A stretch of DNA of 45,030 bases, filler included, from Jimgerdemannia flammicorona (GCA_003990765.1; 2 parts of 2 records of this genome joined end to end with filler, not necessarily neighbours in it), one strand, 5' to 3'; positions 22,961 to 36,535 are shown, counted from the first letter of the whole stretch. Numbers and translations: made by a program. Notes: generated from the sequence alone by a model not told the origin.

Positions 22961-25900
22961 TTAAGATCTTCTAATTTGGTCTAGTGTTGTTATACTATTT
23001 AAATAGTCAAAAGTTCAGTAATATCTATTTTTCTCAGAAAGTGGTATGTTTGCAGTATAGTTGTCTAACACATTGGATTTATATGTTAAAGGGTCATGTG
23101 TTCAATACCATATGCTGGAAGTGATTCTGATGTCATTCACTACTAGAGAATTTCCTCTAAGGAATCTTCTTAAATGTCTATGTCTCATTTTCCACCAGTG
23201 GTATGAGGAGAATAGGCTGACTTTCAGTTTTGCTATTTTTTAGAGGGTCAGTATCCTTTTGTCTTGTCTTGCTGAGTTCATGATTTTGTTCATAATAATT
23301 ATAAGGGTACTGGATGTTCAAAAGAGATAATATATAGTATAGACTGATAGGTGCAGAGTGTTTGAATTTCAGTTGTTCAAAGAATTATATATATTCTTGA
23401 ACTAGATCAGTAGTATTCTGAAGGTTGGTCTTAGATTCCTATATTGCATTATGAATCAAATAGTCTTTCTATTTGACAAGGTACTCTGGATGATTCTTGT
23501 AGCTGTATTTGTTGAGGATTTGTTCAACTTTGTATTCTTCTTGGTCATTAATAATGACAGGTACAGGTAGTTCTGTATTTTGGTTGGGAAATAGCTTGTT
23601 ATCATTTTCATTATATCACTTGAGTTATTGGACATTGAAGACTGGGTGAATCTTAATAGTATCTAGTAGTACCAATTTGTAGGAAGTTGGAGAGACTTAT
23701 GCAATAACTTCAAATGGTTCAATGAATTTGCTATTTAGCTTTGTAGATGGTCTATGCTTGAGGTTATCAACTCAGTATCCTCAGATATCTAGTAGAACCT
23801 TTTCTCCAATATCAAAAGTTTCTTCTTAGTAGTACTGGTTGATATACTATAACTATTGTTCTTAAGCTTGGGATAAATTATTGATTGCAATCTGACTTAA
23901 ATTGTATATTTGGAGCAGGAATTCTTCAATAGCTTTGACTATAGAGAGTTCTATCAGTAGTTCAGATAAGTGTTAGAGAGGTGTTTGAGTTTTGTTCTAT
24001 GTTGGTAAAAAAATGGAGTTATTCTAAGAGAGGCTTGCTTACTGTTGTTGTATACAAACTTGACTGCAGTAAGGTGTTCATGCCAATCATCTTACCTATA
24101 GGAAACATAGTTCCTTAGTATTTGCTCCAGGGTTCAGTTCATTCTTTCAGTTTGGCCATCATTTTTGAGATAAAAGGCTATAGATAGTACAAGCTTCATT
24201 CCAAGGTATGTATGGAGGGCTTTTTAAAAATAGCTAGTGAATTTCAGGTCTCAGTTGCTAATAATGATCTTGAGAAGACCATGATAGTAGAAGATGTTGT
24301 CAAGCAAGAGTGTGGCTATATCTGGTATAGTTGCAGTAGTGATAGTTAGTACAAAATGGGTCTGTTTGCTGAGATAGTCTATGAAGATAATAATTGTATC
24401 TTTTCTATTCTTGGTTCAGAGTAGTTATACAATGAAGTCCATAGAGATTTGTTCTCAATTAGCAGATGGTACTGGAATAGGGTGGAGTAGGTCAGGTTTT
24501 GCTAGTGTTGAGGACTTGTTATATTGGTAGACATTATAGGAAGTGATGTAGGTCTTTAGCTGATCTGCTATATAAGGCCAATAGAAGTTTCAAAAGATAA
24601 CTTTATAGTATTTATCAAATCCTAAATGTCTGGCTGTAGGAATATCATAACATTCAAATAGGATAGTCCTTTGGAGATCTTAATTATTAGGAATATATAG
24701 TCTGTTCTTATAGTAGATAGTATTATCCTTCAGTTGATATTAGTGATATCAGGTATACTTGTCGATATCATTACTGCTTAGGATTTCTCAGAGTACTTGA
24801 GCTTCTTTATTATCAGCATATGCTACAGTAATTGTCCCATAATAGAGTTGGTAACTATGGTGAGAGTTTAGATGATCTCTTTAATTAGTAGTCTGGAGAT
24901 TACATCAGTAATAATGTTTTTCTTACTAGGGTAATACTGGATTTCATAGTTAAAGTTGGTAAGGACTTTCATCTATCTGACTTACTTCTATGAAAGGATA
25001 GCCTAAGTCTTGATATTGACTAATGATTTATGGTCTATCAGTACTGTGAAGTGTGCTCTTTTAAGATAGGGTCACTATTTGATCAGAGTGTCTACAATGG
25101 CTAATATTTCTTTCTTGTGGATTGCATAGTTGATTTTGACATCATTGAACTTGTGAGAATGATAGGCCACAGAGTGTCCTTCTTGTATGAGTACTGCTCT
25201 AAGAGCTAGATCAGAGGCATTAGTGGTAACTTTATATAGGAGGGCAGAGTTTGCCACTTGAAGTACTAAGGTAGTTATCAAGGCATCTTTCAGTGCTTAA
25301 AAGGCTATATCTTGTTCAGATCTCCAATTTATAAGATTATTGAAGTCTTTTTCTTGTTTTGTAGTCTAAGGCTATTCTTCTTTCTTACTATGCTTGGTCA
25401 TTTGGGTGAGAGCAGTAGCAATTTTGGCAAAGTTTGTAACAAATCACTAGTAGTAGTTTGTTAGTTCTAGGAATAACTGAAGGTTCTTCAACTTCTTAGA
25501 TCTGGGCCATTCCTTGATTGTGGAGATTTTGCTGAGGTCTACTTTGATTCCATTAAAAGTAACAATGTATTTAAGAAATTGAATTTTCTTCAGAAGAAAT
25601 TCACATTTGCTGAGTTTTACAAAGAGTCTGTTTTCTTGGAGTTTCAGTAGTACTAGTTTGAGGTGTTTGAGATGTTCCTCCAGAGTTTTGCTGAAGACTA
25701 GGATGTCATCAATATAGACAATAACAAATTTGTCCAGGTATGGATGTAGAATGGTATTCATCAGTGTTTGGAAGGTTGTAGAAGTATTAGTTAAGTCAAA
25801 AGACATAACCAAGAACTTGAAATATCTATAGTGGGTTCAGAAGGCTGTCTTATAGATATCTTCTTCTTTCATGGTGATTTGTTAGTAGCCATTTCACAAA

Positions 25901-27146
25901 TCAAAAGAGCTCATGAATTGTGGATTGGTAAGCCTATTGAATATTTCAATAATCTGAGATAGTGGGCAACAGTTCTTTATGATCTATTTGTTGAGGTCTT
26001 GATAATCAATATATATTTGCAGTTCTCCTTCTTTCTTGACAACAAAGAGGACTAGTGCACTATAGAGTGATACACTGGGTCTAATGAATCCTTATTCTAG
26101 AAGTTCATCAATCTTTTTCTTGAGTGCATCAATTTCTCTTAGAGACATATAGTAGATTGACTTGAAGGCTGGCTTGATATCAGGGATAGTCTTGATGGCA
26201 TGATCTACTACTTGTTTAGGTAGTAGGCCTTTTGGAAGTTTCTTCAGAAATATGTCTCAGAATTTCTGAAATAGGGGTCTGATATAGCTATTAACTTTGG
26301 AAAAATTTTCTTCAGAGTTCTCAGATTCTCCTTTGGATAGTCAGATGGAGATAGCAAAGAGAGAGCATTTCTTGGCTAATTTCTTGAGTTGTAGTTTGTT
26401 GATGTAGGTAATCTTTGGTCCAGAGTTACAGGAACTGAGTGGGTCTCTTTTATCTTATAGTTTGAAGTTGTGGCATCCTTTCTTGATGGTCAGAGAATGG
26501 TTTATCTAATTGATCATAGAGTTTTCTTATTTCAACCATGGGGTTCCCAGGATGATTTCATTGTCAGGAAGTGGTACAATCTGAAGTATAACATGTACTC
26601 AGTAGTTACCAATTTGGAAGAGTAGGTTATAGACTTCCTTACTAATGAAATAGGAGATTCTATTAGCTATAGCAACTGCTTGAGTCTGTTGTATCAGAGA
26701 GGTCAGGACCTTGAGTCTGTTGGCAGTTTCTTCATTGATGAAGTTGCCTGAGGCTCTACTGTCTATTATAATCTTAACAGGTGCTCAGTTGACAAAAGCT
26801 TAGAGTGTAAGTAGTTTGTCTGATCTAATGCTGGTAATTTCAGTTATAGGAGCTTTCTTTCTATTGGTTTTTCTTTGGGTCAGTTCATTGATATAAGAGA
26901 AGCAATCATTGATCATTTGGAAAGAGTATATTCCAATATTATAGAGATATCAGCCACTTGGTATAAATCCATCTTCAATTTTCTTATAGAATTGTTCTTC
27001 TTTGTTTATAATAGATTAGGTTGAGGCCTTATTTGATGAGCTAAATCCCCCTTTTTTTTTTTATTTTTTTATTTTTTTTATAGTCACTCAGACTTCCTTC
27101 CTTTATTATGCCCATCTATCCTATATAAATATAGTGATCCTGCCCC

Positions 27147-30100
27147 CTATCCAATCCCCCTAGGCCCCCCCCCCCTACCTCTATCTGATGAAAGGCTACT
27201 TTGTCTAATACTATCTCCACTCTCCCACCACTCTGTTCACAGATCTTTGCCACCAAACTATGACATCACCCCCCCTGAGGACCTCAACCCACCCACCATC
27301 CAATCAGCAGATCTCCCAACAACTCCTCTCACTGTAATACCTTCTCCTATAGCCCCATCTGCCACCCCTCCTCGAATACATAAAGCCAATGTTCAGCCAG
27401 TCCCACCCACACTGCCAATACCCACTCTACAGTGAGCCAACTATTACCTACACCACCTACTAGCCAAGATCTCAAGTCTTCCCAGTGGCCTCTCACACCC
27501 ACCAGCCTTTGCTCCATACCCAGTCTATTCTCTATTTCTACCCAAAAGTCCCCCAAAGCCTCACACTCTCCCAGCCAATGTTCTAGTGTCTGCACAAGTC
27601 CCCTAGCTTGCCCTACATTGTAACACTCCTCACAATCTAAACAGCCACCATCTACCAGATGTCTAGTATGGAAATTCAACATGACATTTCTCCACAGCAT
27701 TCACCACCATACCACCCAGAACTTGGGAGGAAGCCACCTCCACACCTCAGTACTCCAAGACCAGATACCTGCCCAGTCCCACTCCTCACCAATCCCTGCT
27801 ACCTGCCAGCCCCTTGGCCAAAGATCCTGGCCGAGACTCTGCTGATACTCCACTCCATCCCCAATATCAAACTCAGCAAGAGAAGTACCCTCCAGGAGCA
27901 GTCTATCCCATTGCCACATATCTGGACCCCACACCACCTCCCCCTTATTACCTTGCCAGTATAGGCCAATTTGGTGTGCCCCATCTACTACCTCCCACCA
28001 AAAGCCCTTAAATCGCAGCCACTGAGTTCTATTCAGTCCTACCAAAGAGAGCAGATCTCCTGAGGACCCTTGAGGGGAGATTCTCATCTTCTACACCTTC
28101 TGCAGCAGTGGCACCCAACCCCTGCCCTGCAGTTCAGCAGCTCTCTTCAACCACCAGGCTCATAAACAGTGCAGCCTCTTAGGGAAATTCATAAGACCAA
28201 GACCTCTCCTGACCACTGGTGTTGCAAGAGCATCCCAACTGACCTGGGATCTCCTCCCTGCCCAAATCCAATCTCTAGCCACCTTTATCAGCCTCTTTAC
28301 CACCCAAGCTGAGAAGTCTAGGTGATAGGCCATGTACCATAGCTTGGGGAACCAATAGATATTCAGAATTGACACCCTCTCTGCCAGAGAGATATGGTGG
28401 CCTCCCCAACCTCAAAGGACCTCTCCCCAAATAGTCACCCTGCTCTCCCACCACACTTGTGGCAAGACAGAACCATATACAGAAAGAAAGATTCCCAGAT
28501 ACTACACCACCTCACCAGTAGGGACAATTGTTCCAATGACATCCCCACCCACTAGCCCATTCCCTAGTACCATTGTCTCACACTTATACCAGTTAAGCTT
28601 TGCCCCTGAGTGAGCCTCATACCATTCCACTGTCTTCTTAAGTACCTTGACATCTGCCACAGACTCAAGTCCAACCACCATATCATCAGCAAAGGCCCCC
28701 ACCTTCCACACTATATCATATATAGAGAGCCCTACTACCCTCTGGTGAATCCTATCCATCAAAGGCTCTAATAAAGGGTATAGAGAATAGAGAACAGAGG
28801 ATCCCCCTGAGGAACTCCTCTTCCCAAGGAAAATGCCAGACCTCAGTGATCATTACACATCAGCACTGCTCAACTGCTCTCTAGCAGACTCAATATAGAA
28901 GCCCAAAATCTTAGAGGAACCCCAATTCAATCCAATACCTTGCCCAGTCAAACCTGCCATACATGGTCATAGGCCTTCTCCTGGTCCAAAAAGACCAACC
29001 TTCCATCCAATCCACAAGCCCGGGCCCCTTCAATGACCCCATATACCTATGCAGTTCTATCTTTTATAAGTCTGCTCCCAACAAAGCCCTGCTGCTCCTC
29101 CCCCAGCATCTGTTGTGTAACTTTCTGCAGCCTTGTGACAATCACCTTAGTCACCTTCTTCCTGTCCATATTCAGAAGCATAATCAGTTTCCAATTCTTC
29201 CAGTCTTCTCTTCTCCCCTTGTCTTTGTATAGTAAGGCCACCAGCCCAAGGTCCTGCTCTCCAACCCACTCACCACTCTGAAGAACATGGTCACAGAGAG
29301 CAGCCATCTCACCCAAAACTCCAGAGACTATTACTATCTTCTTCCAGAAGTCCCACAGTAACCCATCCTCCCCTGGTACCATTTCAAGCTTAGTTGCCAC
29401 AAGGATACTCTAGATCTTCTCTCCTTGCACCAGTAAGATCAAGTCACCCAGCCCCTGCTACTTGCAGTGGCCCCACTCCTCCAGAGTATCATCAATTGCT
29501 TCCTCATCAGCACTCCCTTCTCCCTCACTCTACAAACCCTGCCATCTCTTCTTCAAAACCTCTAAGATTTGTTGTGTGCCATACACTATGCCCCCCTCAG
29601 CATCTAAGACCCCATTCCACTGATGTCACACCCTCTTAGCTTTGAGGAGTCTTGACAAGTACCTAGTAGGCTGCTCACCCTCCTCAAGCCCCTGCTACCA
29701 TAACCTGATAGCCATTCCTCACATATGAGTCTCCTCCTCCTCTCGCAACACCTGTTATAGTTCCACTATCTCCATTTTTACCTGCTTTAACCTCCAATCC
29801 TCTACCCCATCAGAAGTAAGCAAATCTGCCCAATCCATTTGCAGTCTCCTCAGTCTGCTGGAAGCACACCTTATGCACTTCCTCCTCTGTCTCCCAGCTT
29901 CTCTACCAGCTCCTCTCCAATAGACCCTCACAGCCTCTTTCAGTCTCATCCAATGGACACCCACAGACAAACCCTCATGCCTCCAGATAGAAACCTTCGT
30001 CTGAATGTCCTCCACCCATGGGTCTCACAACTCTTTCTCAGCCAGCAGGGAGGAGTTGAGGCACCAATGTCCAGGTCTATCTCTACTCTCTCCAAACTGC

Positions 30101-30801
30101 CCCTGCCCCAAAAGCTCCCAGTAATCAGACCATGGACACTACTCCACCTCCAATATCTTCTAAACATTAGACCCCCAACACTCAGCTGTCAGAATCTAGT
30201 CAATCCTTGTACTCAATCCATTCACCCAATGTGTGTAGACCCTGGTGTTACCCCACCGTGTTCTGCCCATATCCCCTAAGGAACTCAAATTCTCTACCTC
30301 CTCCCATACATTCAGACCTCCACTTCTCCCCCCTGCATTCCTCTCTCCATCAGTTCTATCGAGATGCTAATCCTGAATCATATTAAAGTCCTCACCAAGA
30401 ACATCAACCTCTTCCTTCAAGAGAATACCCTCCTCCAGCAGCTCCTTAATCCATGCAGTCCTCTCACTCCTAACTACTGGGCAGTAGCGAGAGCCAACTC
30501 TCACTGACTCCCACCCTAGCCAATGCCAGTCTCTCCAGACCAAGTGATTACCCCAGCTTCTGATTCCCCCCAGGTCTCCTCTACCCTTCCTTACCAGAAT
30601 TGCCACTTTTTCAAACCAAGTAGCAGCCCTATCCCATTCCCTAGTCCACTTCACCTGATTGTCCTCATCCTCACACCTTATATCCTGTAGTAAAAAGAGA
30701 TCAGCCTCCAATCCCTTGAGCCAAGTAAAAATGTTCTTATGCCACCTAGATCCCCTTAACCCATTCACATTCAAAGAGAAAATGTTGGTTGTACTATTCA
30801 T
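27147..30801 (-). pseudogene. LINE-1 ORF2: APE endonuclease + RT + C-terminal Cys/His region
   Basis: IFSLNVNGL, LQD, EDFN (GDFN), PGEDGL, LDQEKAYD, PQGD, AFADD and CLDCEEC...EHWLGEC. Interrupted by stops and frameshifts. Confidence 0.9.
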
Positions 30802-30832
30802 AAGAAATAATGTTAAATAATGATCTCATCCT

Positions 30833-32847
30833 CTACAAGTCTGCAATCGGTTCCTCCTGTACCAAGTCCAAGTCATGTTCAGCAGCTAGTTCCTTTTCTC
30901 CAGCATCCCATGCCTCCAATCCTCCCAGTAGTTCCACCATTGCCCCATCTTCCCTCTCCTCAAAGTCCTCATGATACTCCAGACAGGCCTCCTGCCAGAG
31001 CTGCAAACTATAATGTTCTGCTCAACAATAGGCAGCCCACTCACCAGCAACCACCACCAGCTCCACCTTCCTTACCTCATCAACCTCATATCCCTCCTCC
31101 TCTAGGAAGATTGCAAGAATCTTCACCTTCAGCACCTCTATCACTCCATCTCTATACAGAATCTGTGCCCAATGCTCCTCTGGCATCACACGCAGATCAA
31201 TTTCTCCCAATGCCTCAGCTGTGAGATTATCCATCACCTTACTCATCCACAGCAAGTTCCCCACCTCCTTCCCTCTAGGGGTCCCTGGCCACCCAGCATC
31301 CAGCATCATAGTGTCTGCTCCTACACTAGCAGTCTCATCCCACTCCTCCTCTGGGACATCTACCAGCTTGTCCTCACCAACTGCCACCACCTGGCCCCCT
31401 TTTGCCATATTGGAGACTCCAAAGTGAACTCACTGGGCCCCCTTCATCAGCATATCCTCTGCTATCCCTCTCTTCCCAACTGGGTCCCTCCTGATAAGTG
31501 GGGGGGGGGTGCCATCTAACTTCTGCTCCCAAACTTTGAACATACTGTCAGCATAGGAATCCTTGTCCAACACCTTCTCAGCCTCTCCCTTGTTCACCAC
31601 CACCTCCTTTCCTCCTTTATCAGCCCAGATGCTGGCCTTGATGCCTCCAGACTCTACAGCCCCATCCAACTTCTTCTCTGCCCCTCCTTTCATACTTGCC
31701 AAAAGCTCCCTCTATTGCTTTTGCCCCTGGGCCCACTCCCACTGCTTCTTGTTAGTGCAGATATACTTCCCCTCCACAATCTCTAAGTACGTTGACTCTA
31801 TATATTCCTTCCAGGCCTTCACTCTCTACTTGACAGCCCCACTCATCTCTTTCAGTACCTCTAGTAGATCCTCCTCCTCCTCCTCACTCTCTTTCACCCT
31901 TGACACTTGACAGCTGAAAGTCCCCCATATCATCACTGCCAGCCAGTCACCCAACTTCCCAGTAGCCTCCTTCCCTGCCAGTCAAATCCTGACATCAATA
32001 TCCCCAGTCCTTATAGTAGTCTCCTCTCAAATCTGGAAACCAATATCCACCATATCACCATACTCCACCATCACCTCCTCAACTCTCCTCCTCATCTCAA
32101 CTGCCATCACCATAGGCACACCCTTCACCAGCAGCTGTACCACCTCAGGCAATGTACCATAGGGACCATTACCTCCCCAACTATCACCCCAGCCTTCAGA
32201 GCCTCGTCCAGCATGCCCACCTCCTCAAAACCCACCTCAACCCCCTCCAGCCCCTTCAGAAACTTCACTGAGACTGCCCCAGCCACCTGCTTCGAAATCA
32301 GCCCTAATACCATCCTCGTTGTCACCACTAAGCTCTAGAAACACAGAGTCACTGCAAACTCCAAGATTGATTTCTTGAGTAATGGTGCCACTGCCAGCTC
32401 CATTACACTATCTGCTAGGTCCTCCTTCTGCATTGAGACCCCCTGCCTCACCTGGCCATTAGCTGTCACATCTCTTTTTTTTTTCTGATCTCCTATCACA
32501 CTCCCATCAACAGTCACACTCCCAGCTATAGCCCCTCCAGCCCCTATGCTCCTATCTCTACCCTGAGAGCTACTCCCCCTCCTGATGCTAGCCTTGCCCT
32601 TCCCCTCAGCAGCACCAGCCCTGGTTCCAGCAGGTCATCCACCTGCCTTCACCTTGTCAGCAAAGCTAGAGGGACCAGGCCTTCCCTCAGATCCACCAGA
32701 TACTAGTCCTCCTCCAGAGCCTTTGCCACCCTTTGATCCTCCAAAAGCCCCCATCCCCAATCCATACTCTCTCCCAACATATTGCCAGCTGAAAGCACCA
32801 GGTCTACCTGACCCAGCACACCCATCAGAACTCTTGCTTAATGATAT
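30833..32847 (-). pseudogene. LINE-1 ORF1 (RRM-like core plus acidic C-terminal domain)
   Basis: Homologous to LINE-2 ORF1; the stop TAG lies at the same position in both copies. The start codon appears mutated ATG>ATA. Confidence 0.75.
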
Positions 32848-35095
32848 TTTTATAATACCTTTTCTCCTAGTTGTGTCAAAAAACTGTTGCTTGAAGTCTG
32901 TATAATGTGAATTATACTGGAGAAAGGTGAGCATATGGGTCATTAGAGCTAAATCTCTTTGATCCTCAGATGGTAGGCAGTAGTTCAGAGACTTCCTTAA
33001 CTGTCAGAGTTGACTCAATTTTTTCAAATAGGATCTGGATGATACAGAAACCAATAAGGATCTTGAATAGTATTTAACTATAGTTCTGGATAAGGATAAT
33101 GATTTTGTCTATATAATCTTCATCAATGACTCCTCTTTCTACTGAGAGTTCTTTCAATGCTAGGCTACTTTGACAGCATATTCTTCCAATATATTCTTTG
33201 GAAATTTGAATACTAATCTCTGTATAGACTTGCTTGACTTCTTGGTTAGAGACTATAGCTTCTTCAACTGTGTATAGATCATATCTAGCTGCTTTTTGAC
33301 TTTCTTTGGTTGGGGCCTTGGCAGTTTGTCTTAACTTGACAAAGTTTACTATCTTGGTGGTCAGATTATTGAGGTGGTATAGAGTAGTAACAGTTGCTCA
33401 TATTACTGTTCAGGGTTTTTGATTGGAGCAGACACTGGCCATGTGTTCTGTCTTTTAGCAATAGAAGCATACTCCACTTCTTCAGAGTTCATTTCTTTCT
33501 CCTTTAGTGAGTTTCTTAAAGATACTTGGCTGGGTGGGTTTAGGATTTCAGAGTGTCCAAGAGGTGGATGTGGAGAGAGCTCAGAATGCTTCATGCTTGG
33601 GTTCTTCTTTCTTAGTCCAAGTCTTTTTCTTATTATTGAATTGTCTTCAAGGCAGAATTGGTCCAGCTGTTAGGATTTGCTTGATCACAGTCTTAATTCT
33701 TGCCAGGTACTATTGTTAGTGATCATAACTAACTGGGCATCCTTGTTCACAGATTTTTCTTATAAGCCATTTGGATGGTACATTGAATAAATAGTCTGCT
33801 CTTGTACCATTTTATACTTCATCATTGGCAATATATCCTAGGTCAATAGTATTCAGGAGTAACTCGAGCTTTGTATAGAAGGTTTTGAATTCTTCTTTGC
33901 CATATATATCAAACTTGAGGTTGCAGAGTTTTACTCAAGATTCAGCAATTATTATTTCACTGCAATATTGAGCAATTATGAGTTGTTTGAGTCTAGGGGC
34001 TATAGGATGATTTCCATATCCTAGGGTATTATTGGCTATATTATAAGCAACTACTGTAAATCAAGTATCCCATGTGAGGGGTTTTTCAGAAAGAGTTCAC
34101 CACTATTCTTCAGCAGGCCCTCAGAAGAATATAACAACTTGGCAGACATAGGCTATAGTAGTAGCAAAGAGTTATTCCAGAGTATGGTCTTGATTGTTTG
34201 TCAGAAAGTAGTCAGTAACTTGCTCATTGGTCTATTGGTTGGCTTTAAAATTGATATCAACTATACTAATGAAGCTTTGGACTTCTTGTGCAGTACTATT
34301 GAAGGTTGTTAGGCTCAGATTTTTGGTTGGTTGGGTCTGTTTAGCTAAGGTAGTAATGGTTGCTACTATTATGGCTACCTGTGCTATGAGGTCTAGAATT
34401 TGTTGATTTGCCATATTGTTTATAGGAGGCAATTAGACTACTAGTAGTAGTGTTACTGGTACTACTTGAGGTACTGGTGCAGAGTATGATGGTGTTCTTT
34501 GAGTTTGTGTAAGCTGCTGGAGTAACCATTGTGGGTCTGAAGTAAGAGCTTGATAGATGGCTATCTGTTGCTGTATAGATGTGTTTTGTCCTGATGAAGG
34601 TGCATCTTTTTCTGTAGTATATCTGGGATTGAATTCACTGAGATACTCCTCCTTCTCTTCAGTTTGGTCCTCATATGTATAATTGCATTGAAGTAGATAG
34701 TATCAGTTATATATCAGATTTCAGATAGACTTAATTCAAGAGTTTGATCTGGTTTGGTATAAGTATCAGTTTCAGAAAGGGCTGTAGCTAGGCCTACTTT
34801 GGGTTCAGAATTAGGTGGTTGATAAAGGGTTTCTCTTGCTTCTTCTTTAAGAATATGGCAGGCTTTATAATTCTGAAAGTAGTAGTATAAGGCAGTCTTG
34901 GTCTCAGTATAGTGATAGTCAGTAGAGTTGAGCTACTTGGCTATAGAGACTTGGGCTTCATGAGGAACTAAGGCTAGAAAGACTACTGCTAGTTGTCCTA
35001 GGTCACTCAGATTTGTGGAGCTGACAAAACTCTTATTGAGAAGAGTGAGAAAGCATCTTGAAGCAAAATTAGATTGTAAACTACTGCTACCAAGT

Positions 35096-35790
35096 TGTAA
35101 GAGAATTACTTATTAGGATAACCATTACATAGTTCTGGAAGGATTTTCTGGAAGTTCTGAATGTTCTGGAAGACTGTTTTCTTAAGGTCAAGATCAATTT
35201 CATATAGAGTATATCCTCTATACTTATTGATTTTAAGATCAGGTTGACATCTCAACCAAAGTCCCTTTTTGGACTAGTTCTAGATATTTAGGATTTTCTA
35301 TATTTCAGAAAGTTTAGAAAACTAAGACTAGCTTAGTTGAATTGGTATATTGCTGCAGATAATACCCAATTAGAAAATTTTGTGATAGAGTTAGAAGTGA
35401 GACTTAATGGAGAGTGGATTTACTTAAAAGTGGTTTGTGGGTTATTAAATAGGTTTATTCACTATTCATAATATTACTATACTAGAAGTAGTTGTATAAG
35501 GGGATATTGGGGAAGTATTCAAAAGTTGTGTTTTTATCTGTTTGAATCTCTGAGATTCTGAGATCTGGAAGAGGGGGTATTTATACTAATGGGAGGCTAT
35601 CTAGACTATATTAAATATGAATATAGCACTTAGTATCTTGCTGAGTCAGAATGTAGTCATATAGTATAAGTGTGATCTGATATATCAAGAGATCATCTGA
35701 CTACTGAGTCAGTTCACAGTCATATTATATAATGCTAATCTAACTATACTAATGACTGCTGTGCTATTTATAGATTTAGATACTATCTGA
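35096..35790 (-). repeat. Gypsy-C 5' LTR (outer edge approximate)
   Basis: Directly next to the PBS; TATA-like GTATAAATACCCCC on the minus strand ~35573-35586. No partner LTR in the window. Confidence 0.6.
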
Positions 35791-35823
35791 ATAGTCTTTG
35801 ATGACATCATCATTGATGATGTC

Positions 35824-36369
35824 TGATGTTAGACAGGAAGGGGGAGTGATACAAATGCCTGAACACTGGCTTGGCGAGTGTGACATTTTGGGGATATTTT
35901 GGTGTCATATTGCAGACTGTTTAGAGTTGTGAGCCCTGGAGGGAGGGGAAGGGGGGAGGTGGGGAGAGCTTCACCATAGGCTGGTTGGAGGAGTAGAGGA
36001 TAAATAGCTGACCCTCAGTTGGGCTCTGGCCATATGGGTTGGGATGGCTGGGTATTGGATACATGTATTTGAGGAGGGTCAGTAGGTTGGGGTTGGAGAT
36101 AGAGTGGTATGTTGAGAATAGTTACTACTGGATATTTTGAATGGCTGGTGGTGAGGGTGGGGGCCAGATGGGGAGAGTTACAGGGGTTTAGTTCAGTGTA
36201 TCTCACAGAAAAGTGGTGGGAGAATTCAGGTAGTAGGTGACTGGATTGTCCTCTGGCAGGAGAGTGTAGAGAGTGGGGGAGTGGATCCAAGGGGTATCAG
36301 TTGAGGAGATGGGGTGATATTGTATTATTATTATTATAGATAGCAGTAATAAAGGGAAGTCCAAGTGAC

Positions 36370-36412
<43 letters not shown>
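35824..36412 (+). mobile_element. Short 5'-truncated LINE copy with an A40 tail
   Basis: Begins in QMPEHWLGEC; AATAAA at 36348; ends AGTCCAAGTGACTAT(A)40 like the other copies. Confidence 0.9.
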
Positions 36413-36417
<5 letters not shown>

Positions 36418-36535
36418 GCTAAGACAGTATGATCTTTATATCAAGCCCAAGAAGTACAAGTTTGCAGAAATTGAGATCTCTATCTTAGACATATTATCAA
36501 CTTAGATGGAATATATACAGACCTGCTCAAGATTC
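36413..36535 (+). pseudogene. Gypsy RT C-terminal fragment; the matching FDDIII piece is at 35797..35814
   Basis: EKLRQYDLYIKPKKYKFAE...YLRHIINLDGIYTD..KI. Confidence 0.7.

Larger units (their letters stand above)
27048..32945 (-). mobile_element. LINE-1: full-length degenerate L1/Tx1-clade non-LTR retrotransposon
   Basis: Poly(A) tail at 27052-27079; TSD GAGCTAAATC at 27038..27047 and 32946..32955; two ORFs separated by 31 nt. Confidence 0.93.
22961..35790 (-). mobile_element. Gypsy-C: degenerate chromovirus, 5'LTR-PBS(iMet)-gag(CCHC)-PR-RT-RH-IN-chromo, no dUTPase seen, interrupted by LINE-1; 3' LTR not in the contig
   Basis: PBS TGGTAGCAGTAG at 35081..35092; LTR inner edge tgtaa at 35096; knuckle CFYC*KTEHMASVC ~33430-33470; protease IIIDSRASGNFI ~26760; RT VYIDDILVFS ~25710; RNase H TNASDLALRAVL...KKEILAIV; integrase 23600-24670 with KFIEPF; chromodomain EEYKVEQIL...EYLVK ~23400-23545. 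Outer LTR edge approximate. Confidence 0.9.

Noticed and set aside
22455..36535. Joining the Gypsy-B RT (ends 22455) to the plus-strand RT fragment at 35797/36413 as one giant nested element
   Set aside because: They lie on different contigs joined by an artificial linker; the same applies to linking the T13 at 22456 with the LINE at 22569.
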